Positions 47,240 through 57,161 are shown, counted from the first letter of the stretch. The stretch: 64,000 nt of DNA from an uncultured Actinomycetota bacterium (GCA_963839395.1 CAWIUW010000003.1:40393-104392); one strand, 5' to 3'. Program-made: numbers and translations. Notes: a model not told the origin generated them from the sequence alone.

Positions 47240-48171
47240 TCGAGGCCAAGGGTCTGAGCAAGCGGTACGGGTCGAAGGTCGCGGTCGACGACTCTGAGCT
47301 TCGAGGTGAACCCGGGCCGCGTGACCGGGTTCCTCGGTCCCAACGGATCGGGGAAATCGACCACGATGCGCCTTATGCTCCAGCTCGACCACGGCGAGAC
47401 CGGTCAGACGACTGTTCGACGGCCAGCGGTACGCCGACATCCAGTACCCGACGAAGGAAGGTCGGTTCACTGCTCGAGGCGCACGCGGTGCACCCCAAGG
47501 TGACGGCCGAGGAACCATCTGCGCGTGCTCGCGGCCGCCGACCGGATCCCAGAAGCGAGGATCGACCACGTCTTCGGACCAGGTGGGGCTGGCCGATGCA
47601 GCCGATCGCCAGACGGGGGGGTTCTCCCTCGGGATGTTCCAGCGGCTGGGTTTGGCGACGGCGCTGCTGGGCGATCCTGAAACCTTGATCCTGGACGAAC
47701 CGATGAACGGCCTTGACCCGGAGGGCATCCATTGGATCCGCGTCTCTCCTGCGGCAGCTGGCCGGAAGAAGGCAGGACCGATATTCGTCTCGAGCCACCT
47801 GCTCGCCGAGATGGCGGAGACCGTCGACGATCTCGTCGTGATCGGTCGCGGTGGAGCTTGATCGCGCAGACGGCGCTCGCCGAGTTCATCGGCCATGCCC
47901 GGTCAAGGGGTGAGGGTTCGGAGCCCGCAACTGGATGAGCTCGGTGAGGCATGCTCGCAGGGCCTCGGAGCGGAGACGACGCTCGGAGACAGACGGGAGT
48001 CATCACGGTCTCCGGCGCAGAGGCCTCGGTGATCGGTGACCTCGCGGCGCAGCGGTCGATCGCTCTTCACGAGCTCGTCGATGGTGAGCGTTCTCGTTGG
48101 AGGAGGCGTTCCTGGATGCGACCGCCGGTTCAGGCGAATACATGTCTCGATCCGCCAGGACGTCCCGATGA
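47236..48171 (+). pseudogene. ABC transporter ATP-binding protein, reading frame shattered
   Basis: Motifs are crisp but spread over all frames. They include [48 protein letters not shown] and [15 protein letters not shown]. Further on are FSLGMFQRLGLATALLGDPETLILDEPMNGLDPEG, IFVSSHLLAEMAETVDDLVVIGRG and SLEEAFLDATAG. At least 8 shifts are needed. The stop is at 48169-48171. Confidence 0.75.
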
Positions 48172-48967
48172 TCGTGCCCGACGAAGAGCCCGTCGGCCCT
48201 GAGCGAGGAGGACCGGTGAACAAGCTCATCCGCTCGGAGTGGCTCAAGCTTCAGCACGCTGCGGACCACCTGGATCCTCGCCGCCCTCGCGATCGTCACG
48301 GCGATGGCGATCACCGGGGTGGCGACGGCCACGGTGCAAGGCGGGCATGAGCTCGCTTCGAGCGGGTCGACCTCTTGCTCACGCCGGCTCCGTTGCTCGT
48401 TCGGCTGTTCATCCTCGTGTCTGGGCGATCATGGCGTTCTCGAACGAGTACCGCTACGGCACGATCATCCCGAGCTCTTGCCGCGGCTCCGATCCGTACT
48501 GAGCTCCTCGGCGCGAAGCTGATCGTGCTGGGGGCCTTCGGGCTCGTCTTCTGGGAGCGGTCGTGACGGTCGCCTCCACCGTGACCGGGCTGCGACGGTG
48601 CTGTCCATCATCGGCCAGCCGGTGTCGGTGTTCGACGGAGAGATCCCACGGGCCATCGTGGGCACGATCGGCTTCTACGGGATCTGCGCGGTCGTCGGTG
48701 TCGGTGCTGGGGTCCTGGTGCGTCAGCCCACGATCGCGATCGGCATCCTCATGCCGTGGGCATTGTTCGCGTGAGAAGGCGCTCGGGAGCGTTCCTGCCC
48801 AACCTCGCGACGTTACCTGCCGTTCACAGCCGGCGAGCAGCTCTACGCGGTCACGACGGAGGGTCCGCCTCTCGATGCTGGTGTGGGCGCTGCGCTCTTC
48901 CTGACGTGGACGGCGCTGTTGGTCGATCGTGGGGATGGTGCTATTCCAGCGGCGCGACGTCGCCTGA
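48168..48967 (+). pseudogene. ABC-2 type transporter permease, reading frame shattered
   Basis: ATG 48168 overlaps the upstream stop as ATGA. The text VNKLIRSEWLKL.. is followed by TM fragments in several frames. The natural C-terminus IVGMVLFQRRDVA* has its TGA at 48965-48967. Confidence 0.65.
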
Positions 48968-49677
48968 CGATCGACGTTCGCGCACACGGTGCGACGACCA
49001 GAGCGGTCCCGAGCGCGATCGATGGTCCCGAACAGGACACCGGCGACCGCGTCCGAGAGCCAGTGCGCTCCCAGGTAGGTCCGCGAGAGGGCCATCAGGG
49101 ACGAGAACGCGACGGCCGCCGCTCCCCACCGATAGCGGCGCGGCCCCTCGGGGACCAGCGCGATCACCGCTGCCACGGCGGTGACCGAGGCGGCCACGGC
49201 GTGCCCCGAGGGGAACGAGGCGCTGCTCGTCTCGACGAGCGATCCGAGCGCCCGAGGCCGGTCGTAGAGCGCCTTCAGCGTCCCGATCAGGATCTCCGAG
49301 ACGACGATCGCGGAGACGAACGCGGCGAAGTGCCACCATCTCCGCCGGATCGCCAACCACCCGGCGATCCCGAGCCGGATCGGTGTCATGACGTAGGCCA
49401 GCCCGATCAGGTTGAAGACCCTGGCCGCCACCGTCAGCGATCCGGTCCGGAGCGACACGATCCATCGGAGGAACGCGTCGTCGATCGGCTGGATCCATCC
49501 GCGGCCGGCATGGGTGGCCATGAGAGCGAAGAAGGCAACGGTCGCCGCCACGAGGATCGCCGTGACCACCGTGTCGCGTCGCGGCATCCCGAGGAGCGGG
49601 TGCTCTTGCTCGTCTCCTGGATCCTCGGTTTCCACCGGCCGGCGGCTCACGGCGGACACGGCGCGCCTCGACCGCAC
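48941..49677 (-). CDS. PAP2-family phosphatase (canonical catalytic motifs; 3' end uncertain)
   Basis: ORF 48454-49677 has KALYDRPR, FPSGHAVAAS and SRTYLGAHWLSDAVAG. After GVLFGT the frame decays into Arg-rich text, so there is a shift. Plausible ends are at 48941 or 48843. An alternative start is MPRRDTVV at 49587. Confidence 0.75.
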
Positions 49678-51851
49678 AGGGCGAGACCCTCCGTCTCTCG
49701 GAGGTGCGCCACCAGGTCGGCTCGGGGGACGAACGACACGGCCTCGTCCACGTCGAACACCATCGCCGTGGACGCGCCTTCATCGAAGGCGAACCGATAC
49801 GTGGCGCATCCTCCCGGGAACACGTAGGAGCGGACGTTGAGGAGCTGCGGCGTGAGGGCGGACGGAGCCTCGAACCTGCGCGTACCCGCTTCATCGGAAG
49901 GGACCTCGTGGGCACTCGACACATCGCACGCCGACGCGAGCGTCACCGTGACCGCCCGCATCCCGGCCAGGTCGGAGTTCAGCCAGAAGGTCGCCTCGCC
50001 GGTGTGGATGTCGCCGCCACCGTAGGTCCACCCGGAGGGCAAGGCGGCCAGACAGGGGATCGCCGCCGCGCTCGGCACGGCCTGCGCCGAGAGGATGGAT
50101 GCTCGGCTCACTCCGCATTCGGGCGCGTGCACGACCCCGAGGTTCTGCGCCGGAAGGAAGGCCTGGATGCTGGATGAGACCGCGATCGCGAACGCAACGA
50201 GCATCCCGAGGCCGAGGAGGACCCGACGGACGCTCCACCGTTGGATCGAGATCGGCCGGCGTTCCGGCGCGAGCGCGCGGAACTGACCCACGAGGTCACG
50301 AGGGTCCCGCTTCATGAAGGCTCGGAGCTGCGTGGGACTCGCGATCCCGCGGGTGGCGGCGAACGCCTCGGCGATCTCATCGGCGGTGAAGAACGTGAGC
50401 GCGCGCCGGTACACGAGGTCGACGTCCGAGCGGACCGCCAGGACGAGCATCATGTTGCCGAGGTCCACCGCCTGCCGCCACGGGGACGGTTTCACCTGCG
50501 CGAAGAAGACATCGATCAGAAGCACGCGTCCGTCCCTGACCATCAGGTTCGCCGGCTTGATGTCGCGATGCGCCAGACCCGCGTCCCACAGCTTGCGGAC
50601 CAGCGAGAGTCCGTCGTCCACGATCCCCTCGTCGACGTCGACATCCCCGATCTCCTCGGCGCCCTCGAAGAACTCCATGACGATCATGTACTCGCGTTCG
50701 GGAGAGATCTCGACGATCCCCTGCGGCGTCGGCACGGGGATGCCTTCATCCGTCATCAGTCGCAGCGTGTAGTCCTCGTATTCGACGAAGCGGCGGACGG
50801 ACTGGAAGGACGCCTCGTCCTCGAGTGCGCCGTAGAGGATGATCCGCGACAGCTTGTACCACCGATCCGCGCGCACGTGGCTCTTCGCGTAGAGCTTCGC
50901 GAACAGATAGGTGTCCGGATCGCCGGCGACCTTGAGGCGAAGCGGCGTCGAACCTCCGGACCCCTCCAGCCCCACCGGCTTGATCTCGAGCACCGTGAGC
51001 CCGAGCTGCTCGTGCACCGCCTCTCGGATCGCCTCGCCTCGTCGACCCGTCACGTCGAGGTGCGCCGTGCTGCCCTTCCGATAGACGACGGGGAACACCT
51101 CGTTCGGCGTGAACCAGCGGAACGCCGTGAGCGGGAACGCCACGCCCAGGATCAGCCCGTACAGCACGCCGGAAGGTCCGTCGACCGCCAGATACATCCG
51201 CGAGACCACGAAGAGCCCGATGAGGCCGGCGATCGCGAGTTTCGCGTACCAGCGGGGGCGCCCGGGTACGACGAGCGAATAGACGATGCCGATCATGACG
51301 GCCGTGAGCGCGGCGACGGGCGCAGACGGCAACGCGAACCCACCCCACCCGGCGATGATCGTCACGCCGTACGGACGTGGTCGGCTCAGCAGCTCGTAGA
51401 CGATGCCTCCCACGATCTGCATGACGAAGAGGCTTCCCAGGAAGACCAGCAGGTGACGCCATCTGCGGAAGACCATCAAGGCGCACACCATGCCCAGGCC
51501 CAGAACGGTCATCCCCCAATCGGACCCGGCTGCCTTGATCCCGCGCATGATCGGCGTCAGCCAGTCCGCGCGGAGGTTCGCGACGCGGAGCAGCCACCAG
51601 GTCTCGACACGGTCAGAGAAGTGCAGCACCGCGTCGATCTGCAGCACGAGCACAGTGGCGATCGACGCGTAGGCCATCATCGCGAGCCAGAATCGGCCGC
51701 TCGCACCCATCCTCCGTCGCAACGGTGGTGGAGCGCCGGTCGGACGTCGCTGCTTCCGCGTTCGCCTGATCGTGTCCTCGTGGTCGGGCACGGTGACGAC
51801 GTCGGGCGCGCCGGCGGCGCCTCGCGAAACCGCCTCGGGGTCGTCCGTCAC
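49647..51851 (-). CDS. Fusion protein: degenerate PAP2-like membrane domain + protein-kinase-like domain + TM + Cys-rich extracytoplasmic domain
   Basis: This is the uninterrupted ORF 49647-51890. The likely start GTG 51851 overlaps the upstream stop as GTGA. PAP2-like positions are mutated: YELLSRPRP (Lys to Tyr), LPSAPV (PSGH to PSAP) and SRMYLAVDGPSG (His to Asp, Asp to Gly). The kinase part has the G-loop LEGSGGST, then YLFAKLY, HRDIKPANLMV and LLIDVFF. A TM (VLLGLGMLVAFAIAV) and a 170-aa tail with 6 Cys follow. Confidence 0.85.
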   Translation of the reverse strand: MTDDPEAVSRGAAGAPDVVTVPDHEDTIRRTRKQRRPTGAPPPLRRRMGASGRFWLAMMAYASIATVLVLQIDAVLHFSDRVETWWLLRVANLRADWLTPIMRGIKAAGSDWGMTVLGLGMVCALMVFRRWRHLLVFLGSLFVMQIVGGIVYELLSRPRPYGVTIIAGWGGFALPSAPVAALTAVMIGIVYSLVVPGRPRWYAKLAIAGLIGLFVVSRMYLAVDGPSGVLYGLILGVAFPLTAFRWFTPNEVFPVVYRKGSTAHLDVTGRRGEAIREAVHEQLGLTVLEIKPVGLEGSGGSTPLRLKVAGDPDTYLFAKLYAKSHVRADRWYKLSRIILYGALEDEASFQSVRRFVEYEDYTLRLMTDEGIPVPTPQGIVEISPEREYMIVMEFFEGAEEIGDVDVDEGIVDDGLSLVRKLWDAGLAHRDIKPANLMVRDGRVLLIDVFFAQVKPSPWRQAVDLGNMMLVLAVRSDVDLVYRRALTFFTADEIAEAFAATRGIASPTQLRAFMKRDPRDLVGQFRALAPERRPISIQRWSVRRVLLGLGMLVAFAIAVSSSIQAFLPAQNLGVVHAPECGVSRASILSAQAVPSAAAIPCLAALPSGWTYGGGDIHTGEATFWLNSDLAGMRAVTVTLASACDVSSAHEVPSDEAGTRRFEAPSALTPQLLNVRSYVFPGGCATYRFAFDEGASTAMVFDVDEAVSFVPRADLVAHLRETEGLALCGRGAPCPP

Positions 51852-52777
51852 GAGCCCTCCATCAAGACCGATCGGTGGTCCTCCAGCCATGAGGCGGCCA
51901 CATCGTGAGCCGACTCTCCGCCGACGACCCGGCCGATCATCGCTCGCAGGTCCGAGGTCGTGAGGGATGCCGACACCGCGTCCAGGGTCTGGACGACGCC
52001 GTCGCCGTGCGTGGACAGGACCTCCCGACGGACGAGGGGCGTCACGTTCTCCGATGGCTGCAGTCCCCGGTCATCGGCCAGGACGACGAGTCTTTCGGAC
52101 ACGATCGCAGGATCGGTGGTGAATAGGAGAGCCACGTCGATGCCTCCCGATCGGAGCGCCTGAAGGGTCAGAGGTCCACCCGTGTCCAAGGGGATGAATT
52201 CCTCGAACCTGAGCCCGTACACGCTCTCGAGGCCCACCAGGCAGAGGCGCCGCTGCGCGCACTCGGGTGGGCCACCGAACACCAGTCGCGAATCCACGGA
52301 CGCGAGGTCGCTGATATCGCGCAAGCCGTAACGATCGGCCGTCGCCTGCGTCACGACGATCGCGTTCGCATCCTGGGCGGGGGCAGGCGCCAGCGCGATG
52401 AGGCCCGATGGCGTCACGACATCCATCAGTGCGTCATGGGTCTCGCTGATGCTCGCGGTCCCCTCGAGGGCGCCGAGCGTGAGGAAGGCGAGGGCCGAGC
52501 CGGCGTATTCGGGAACCACATCGATCAGCCCTTCCGCCAGCGCCGGTTGCACGAGCTCCCTCGGGCCGGCGTTCAGCACCGGGTCGATCGGGTAGCCCTT
52601 CGCCTCCAAGGCCTGGGAGTAGAGCTCGGCGAGTATCTCGCTCTCCGTGAAGCCGAACGCGGCAACCGTGATGGCGTCGGGCGAGCGGGGTGGCGGCGAC
52701 GAGGGGTCTCCCGTGCAGGCGGCGAGGACAACGAGAAGGCCGACGACGCGGGGAGCGCGCCGGATCCGAGCCCTCAT
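51848..52777 (-). CDS. OpuAC-type (glycine betaine/choline-family) substrate-binding lipoprotein, orphan
   Basis: ATG 52777 overlaps the upstream stop as ATGA. The lipobox is LLVVLAAC. SBP text includes ITVAAFGFTESEILAELYSQALEAKGYPI, DVVPEYAGSAL and IDVALLFTTDP. No cognate ABC permease or ATPase is adjacent. Confidence 0.82.
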   Translation of the reverse strand: MRARIRRAPRVVGLLVVLAACTGDPSSPPPRSPDAITVAAFGFTESEILAELYSQALEAKGYPIDPVLNAGPRELVQPALAEGLIDVVPEYAGSALAFLTLGALEGTASISETHDALMDVVTPSGLIALAPAPAQDANAIVVTQATADRYGLRDISDLASVDSRLVFGGPPECAQRRLCLVGLESVYGLRFEEFIPLDTGGPLTLQALRSGGIDVALLFTTDPAIVSERLVVLADDRGLQPSENVTPLVRREVLSTHGDGVVQTLDAVSASLTTSDLRAMIGRVVGGESAHDVAASWLEDHRSVLMEGS

Positions 52778-53907
52778 CCTGGGGAGCCCGCGGGAACGGC
52801 GGATGGCTGGGGGACCTCGGGCTGCGGTTTCCGCCAGCTCTTCTTGCGCTGCCAGATCAGGTACGTGAAGCCGCCCAACGGGATCTGGACCCCGTACGTC
52901 AACGTCCGGAACAACAGCGCGGCAGCCGTCACCTGAACCTTGAACTCCTCGAGCGGGACATCGGTGTGGGTCCTGCCGGCGGCGTAGAGACCGCCGATCA
53001 GCCCGAGCTCCACTATGCCCACGCCACCGGGCGTGATGGGGATGGCCGAGATCAGCCGGACGAACGCGAAGACCGCAAGCACCTGGATCGTGCTCACCTC
53101 GTGCGCGGACACACCTACGTGACGAAGCGAGAGGAGCAGCACGAACCACAGGGCGAGGTGGCTCGCGACGGTCGTGATCGTCAGCGCGGGCCACCGCCTG
53201 ACGACCAGCCCGATCGTCTGCTTGCGGAACCGCACGGCGCCTTCACCCCATGTGTGGACGGGGGGCTTGTGGAAGACCCCTCGGATCGTCGACCAGATCT
53301 TGCCGAGCCGGGTTCCGATCGCCCGGGCGAGTGATTTCTTCCACAGCACCATCGCGAACAGGACGACGCTACCGGCGAGGAACACGAGCCCGATCAGCGC
53401 CGGCGCGAGCAGGGTATTCGTGGCCCGGCCCATGATCGCGAGCAGCGCCACAGCCATGATCGGGAGCCCCAGCTTCAAGAACGTGTTCCAGATGCCGGTC
53501 GTCGACGCGAGCAGGGCGACCTCGGAGCCCGTGAACCCCCACGAGTGGAACATCCCGTACATGAGGCCGGTCGCGGCAACGCCGGCCCCCGGCACGAGGT
53601 TGGCGACGGTCGTCGAGGTCTGATTGCTCACCGCCGCCTGTCCGAGCGTGAGTCCCGGCATCGCCGACTGCATCTGCCACCAATAGGTGAAGAGATTGAA
53701 GACGGTGGCCGCGATGAGCGAGACCATCTCGATCCACGTCAGGGCCTTGATGGTCTCCCACACGTCCGCGTAGCTGGCGATCTTCGGCAGGATCAGCCCG
53801 AAGATCGCGATCATGACCAGTGTGGACAGGGAGCCCTGGACCAGGAGGATCACTCGCTTGCGTCGCGCTCGATCGACCGATGCCATCACCGTCGAGCTTG
53901 CCCTCAT
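52774..53907 (-). CDS. Lysylphosphatidylglycerol-synthase-TM-region-like (UPF0104/flippase-like) membrane protein
   Basis: The start is ATG 53907 (MRASSTVMASVDRARRKR). The protein has about 8 TM segments and the characteristic tail FAFVRLISAIPITPGGVGIVELGLIGGL. The ORF extension to 54078 is implausible. Confidence 0.78.
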   Translation of the reverse strand: MRASSTVMASVDRARRKRVILLVQGSLSTLVMIAIFGLILPKIASYADVWETIKALTWIEMVSLIAATVFNLFTYWWQMQSAMPGLTLGQAAVSNQTSTTVANLVPGAGVAATGLMYGMFHSWGFTGSEVALLASTTGIWNTFLKLGLPIMAVALLAIMGRATNTLLAPALIGLVFLAGSVVLFAMVLWKKSLARAIGTRLGKIWSTIRGVFHKPPVHTWGEGAVRFRKQTIGLVVRRWPALTITTVASHLALWFVLLLSLRHVGVSAHEVSTIQVLAVFAFVRLISAIPITPGGVGIVELGLIGGLYAAGRTHTDVPLEEFKVQVTAAALLFRTLTYGVQIPLGGFTYLIWQRKKSWRKPQPEVPQPSAVPAGSPG

Positions 53908-53992
53908 CCGGTCGAGGTCACAACCCGAGCACGGCGGCCCCCCGAGCTCGCCTGGGGGTCGATGTTCTACGGTGTTCTCAGGAGGGCGTGAG

Positions 53993-54877
53993 ATGGGCGA
54001 CTCGAAGGTCAAGGGGAAGCAACGCGGCCGCGAGTCACCCGACCATCCCACGCAGGATCTCACCGCGTCGCCTCCCAAGGTGCCGAAGAAGGTCTACGCG
54101 GCCGAGCTCCTTCGGCTCCAGGAGGAGCTCGTGAAGATGGCCGAGTGGGTGAAGGCGTCGGGCGAGCGCGTGGTGGTGATCTTCGAGGGACGAGACGCGG
54201 CGGGCAAGGGTGGCGCGATCAAGCGCATCACCGAGCATCTGAATCCGAGGATCGCCCGGGTGGTCGCGCTTCCGGTGCCCTCGGAACGTCAGACGACTCA
54301 GTGGTACTTCCAGCGGTACGTGGAGCATCTGCCGGCCGGAGGCGAGATCGTGTTGTTCGACCGCAGTTGGTACAACCGGGCCGGCATCGAGAAGGTGCTC
54401 GGGTTCTGCACACCCGAGGAGCACCGGATGTTCCTCCAACAATGTCCGATCTTCGAGCGACTGCTCGTCGCCGACGGCATCCACCTGACGAAGTACTGGT
54501 TCTCCGTGAGTAACCAGGAGCAAGGGCGGCGTTTCGAGGCGCGGATCGACGACCCGATGCGTCGCTGGAAGCTCTCCGAGACGGATCTCGATTCGCGCAC
54601 CCATTGGGTCGACTACTCGCGGGCCAAGGACGAGATGTTCGTGCACACCGACATCCCGGAGGCACCGTGGTTCGTCGTCCCCGCCGACGACAAGCGTCGG
54701 GCTCGCCTCAACTGCATGGCACACCTACTGAGCCGACTCCCGTACGTACCGAAGACGCTCAAGGAACTGGAGCTACCGGCGCGTCAGGACGACGAGGGCT
54801 ACGTGCGGCCTCCGCGTGAGATCTACACGTACGTGCCCGATCACACCGCGAGCCTGACGCGCGAAGGTTCCCCCTGA
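53993..54877 (+). CDS. ppk2: Polyphosphate kinase 2
   Basis: ATG 53993 follows AGGAGGG. Text includes the Walker A FEGRDAAGKGG, then FDRSWYNRAGIEKVLGF, KYWFSVSNQEQGRRF and RWKLSETD. Confidence 0.92.
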   Translation: MGDSKVKGKQRGRESPDHPTQDLTASPPKVPKKVYAAELLRLQEELVKMAEWVKASGERVVVIFEGRDAAGKGGAIKRITEHLNPRIARVVALPVPSERQTTQWYFQRYVEHLPAGGEIVLFDRSWYNRAGIEKVLGFCTPEEHRMFLQQCPIFERLLVADGIHLTKYWFSVSNQEQGRRFEARIDDPMRRWKLSETDLDSRTHWVDYSRAKDEMFVHTDIPEAPWFVVPADDKRRARLNCMAHLLSRLPYVPKTLKELELPARQDDEGYVRPPREIYTYVPDHTASLTREGSP

Positions 54878-54936
54878 GGACCGAACTCAGACATCGAAAG
54901 AAGACTCGAGAGATCCGCGCACGGGCATGTGCGTGG

Positions 54937-56258
54937 TCACGAGGCGAACGTCCAATCTGGGCGTTTGCTCCGGTAGGAATGGTCGTACTCGAACCGGTTC
55001 ATCGTCGGATCCCAATCGACGATCTTGTGGAAGGGTAGGTCTCGAGGCAGAGGACAGGTCGAGCCACGTGGGCGCGGAACTCGTCGGCGAAGATCTGCAC
55101 CACGCTCTGCATGAGCAGGCTCTCCCCGGTCGGGAGGGCGCACTTCTGTCCGTCGGTGGAACTCCTGGCTCGCGCGAGGATCGTCTCGAGATCCGGCGCG
55201 CGACCCTCGAGCTCGATCTCATCCAGGCTTCGGGTGACCTCCCCCGTGCCGAACTTGCAGGCCGGACATTGGGCGCATGACTCGACCCAGAGGAAACGAG
55301 AGTAGAGGTACGCCGCACGAACCATGCACGCGGTGGCGTCGAAGACCGCGAATCCGCCCGAGCCCAGGCTCGAACCGGCCGTGCGCATCGAATCGAAGTC
55401 CAGCGGCGTGTCGAGTTGTTCCGGAACGATCACCGTGTTCGAGGCACCGGGGAAGATGGCCTTGACCGACCCACCCTCCCTCGGTCCTCCCGCCCGGTCC
55501 TCCACCAACGAACGAAGAGGTGTGCCGAGCGGCAACTCGAACACGCCCTCTCGCCGGACGTCCCCGCACACGGTGAAGAGCATGGTGCCCGGTGAGGTCT
55601 CCGTCCCGTTCGAGCGGAGCCGATCCGATCCATCCGCGAGGATCCAAGGCACGTTCGCGAGCGTCTCGACGTTGTTCACGAGGGTGGGGTTGTCCTTCGG
55701 CGGCGCGGCGAACAGACCGAGCATGAAGGGCCGAGCGACCCGCGGGAGCGGCGGTCTTCCCTCGATGACCTCCTCGAGGCCCGTCTCTTCTCCGAACAGA
55801 TAGAGGTCAGGCCCGAGGACCACCTCGAACGGCCTGCCCCCGAGCGCGTCCGCCTCGCGCATCTCCTCCAGGGCGCGGGAGATCGCCTGGATCTCTTCCG
55901 AGAACGTCTCCTTGATCCCGATGTAGCAGCGCTCGGCGCCGACGGCGTACCCGGCGATCGCCAGGCCTTCGAGGATCTGATACGGGTTCGTCCTCATGAG
56001 CGCGCGATCCTTGAACGTCGCGGGCTCTCCTTCGGCGCCGTTGCACACCACGAACCGCGTTCCCGTCCCCGTGGTTCGGATCGACCGCCATTTCTCACCG
56101 GTCGGGAAGCCCGCCCCGCCGCGACCACGGAGGCCGCTCTTGGCGACTTCCTCGATGACGGCCTCCGGAGCCGCGCCCAAGGCAACCTCGAGACCACGGC
56201 CTCCACCCGTCTCCAGGTACTCCGTCAAGGAAGTGATCGTGTTCCCGAGGAGTGTCAC
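54937..56258 (-). CDS. Stand-alone NuoF-like flavoprotein (NADH dehydrogenase subunit F family; 3' frame shift near 55040)
   Basis: ORF 54999-56258 has GLRGRGGAGFPTGEKW, VVCNGAEGEPATFKDR and the 4Fe-4S motif ESCAQCPACKFG...KCALP. The C-terminus continues as CPLPRDLPFHKIVDWDPTMNRFEYDHSYRSKRPDWTFAS* in ORF 54937-55143. Confidence 0.85.
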
Positions 56259-56331
56259 GTTCGCCAGCGTACCCGCGAGCGTTCCGTGGGCGTCTCAGTT
56301 GGTTTCGTTGCCTGGATCTCGCGGTACGGCC

Positions 56332-56607
56332 TCACATGCCGAGGATCTTCGCCTTCTGGGCGTCGAACTCCTCTTGGGTGAGCACGCCGGCCGCCTTCAG
56401 CTCACCGAGCTCCTTGAGCTGCTCGAGGGTGGCGTCCTGGCTCGAGGCAGCCGCGGGCGGCGGCGGGGGTGGTTCGGCGTATGACGCGGCTTCCTGTTGG
56501 GACCATCGGTTCGCCTGACGACGCGACACTCGGTTCGAGACGGCCGTCGCCGTTCCCGCAACGACCGCCGTTCGCGCCACTCCACGGAGCAGTCCTGGCA
56601 TCGTCAT
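56332..56607 (-). CDS. SHOCT-domain protein
   Basis: ORF of 91 aa. A Pro-rich linker is followed by LEQLKELGELKAAGVLTQEEFDAQKAKILG. Confidence 0.8.
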   Translation of the reverse strand: MTMPGLLRGVARTAVVAGTATAVSNRVSRRQANRWSQQEAASYAEPPPPPPAAASSQDATLEQLKELGELKAAGVLTQEEFDAQKAKILGM

Positions 56608-57054
56608 TCACTCCTTCTCTTCGAGCTCGTCCAGCGCTGCGATGATCGCGTTCACGGGGATGCGCCCGTTCGCGACGAGCTGCGCGCCACTTCGACGCAG
56701 AGCAGTCGCGAACGGCGCCGCCCATGTGTTCTCGTACACGAGGAGCGCCGCCGAACAGCCGGGCTCGATCGCTGCCCCGGCCTCGGCGTAGTCGTCCTCT
56801 CCCAGCAGTCCGGACGAGGCACCTTCGAAGATGGTCAGCTCCGGAGCTCCGTCGGCCCCGACCGCATCGAAGTCGAGGCCTACGACCGACCCGTCCTCGT
56901 TCTTGTGGACGAAGGCAAGATCGAGCACACGGATGAGGCCTCGGTCCGCCAGGTCGGCGAGCAATGGCAACCCCTCGCCCGACGGCTGCTTCCCCGCAGG
57001 CCACTCGACGACGAGGTAGTCGATGGGGCCCAATTCGACGTCTTCGCCACTCAT
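56608..57054 (-). CDS. DUF6325-like protein (hypothetical), immediately upstream of the SHOCT gene
   Basis: ATG 57054 follows AAGGGGGA. The protein reads MSGEDVELGPIDYLVVEWPAGKQPSGEGLPLLADLADRGLIRVLDLAFV.... Its stop abuts the SHOCT start. Confidence 0.68.
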   Translation of the reverse strand: MSGEDVELGPIDYLVVEWPAGKQPSGEGLPLLADLADRGLIRVLDLAFVHKNEDGSVVGLDFDAVGADGAPELTIFEGASSGLLGEDDYAEAGAAIEPGCSAALLVYENTWAAPFATALRRSGAQLVANGRIPVNAIIAALDELEEKE

Positions 57055-57161
57055 GCGTTCCCCCTTTTCCGCGACGCACAACGATGACAGCAAGTCCGGC
57101 TAGGAACTATCGCAGGTGCGGAGGGGGGCGGCATCCGCCCATCGGGCTCGCTCCTCGGTGG

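Noticed and set aside
53961-53980. Direct repeat GTTCTAC / GTTCTCA upstream of ppk2, considered as a PhoP PHO box.
   Set aside because: The spacing is 10 bp, not the 11-bp unit of actinobacterial PHO boxes. The match to GTTCACC is weak, and the second copy overlaps the RBS.
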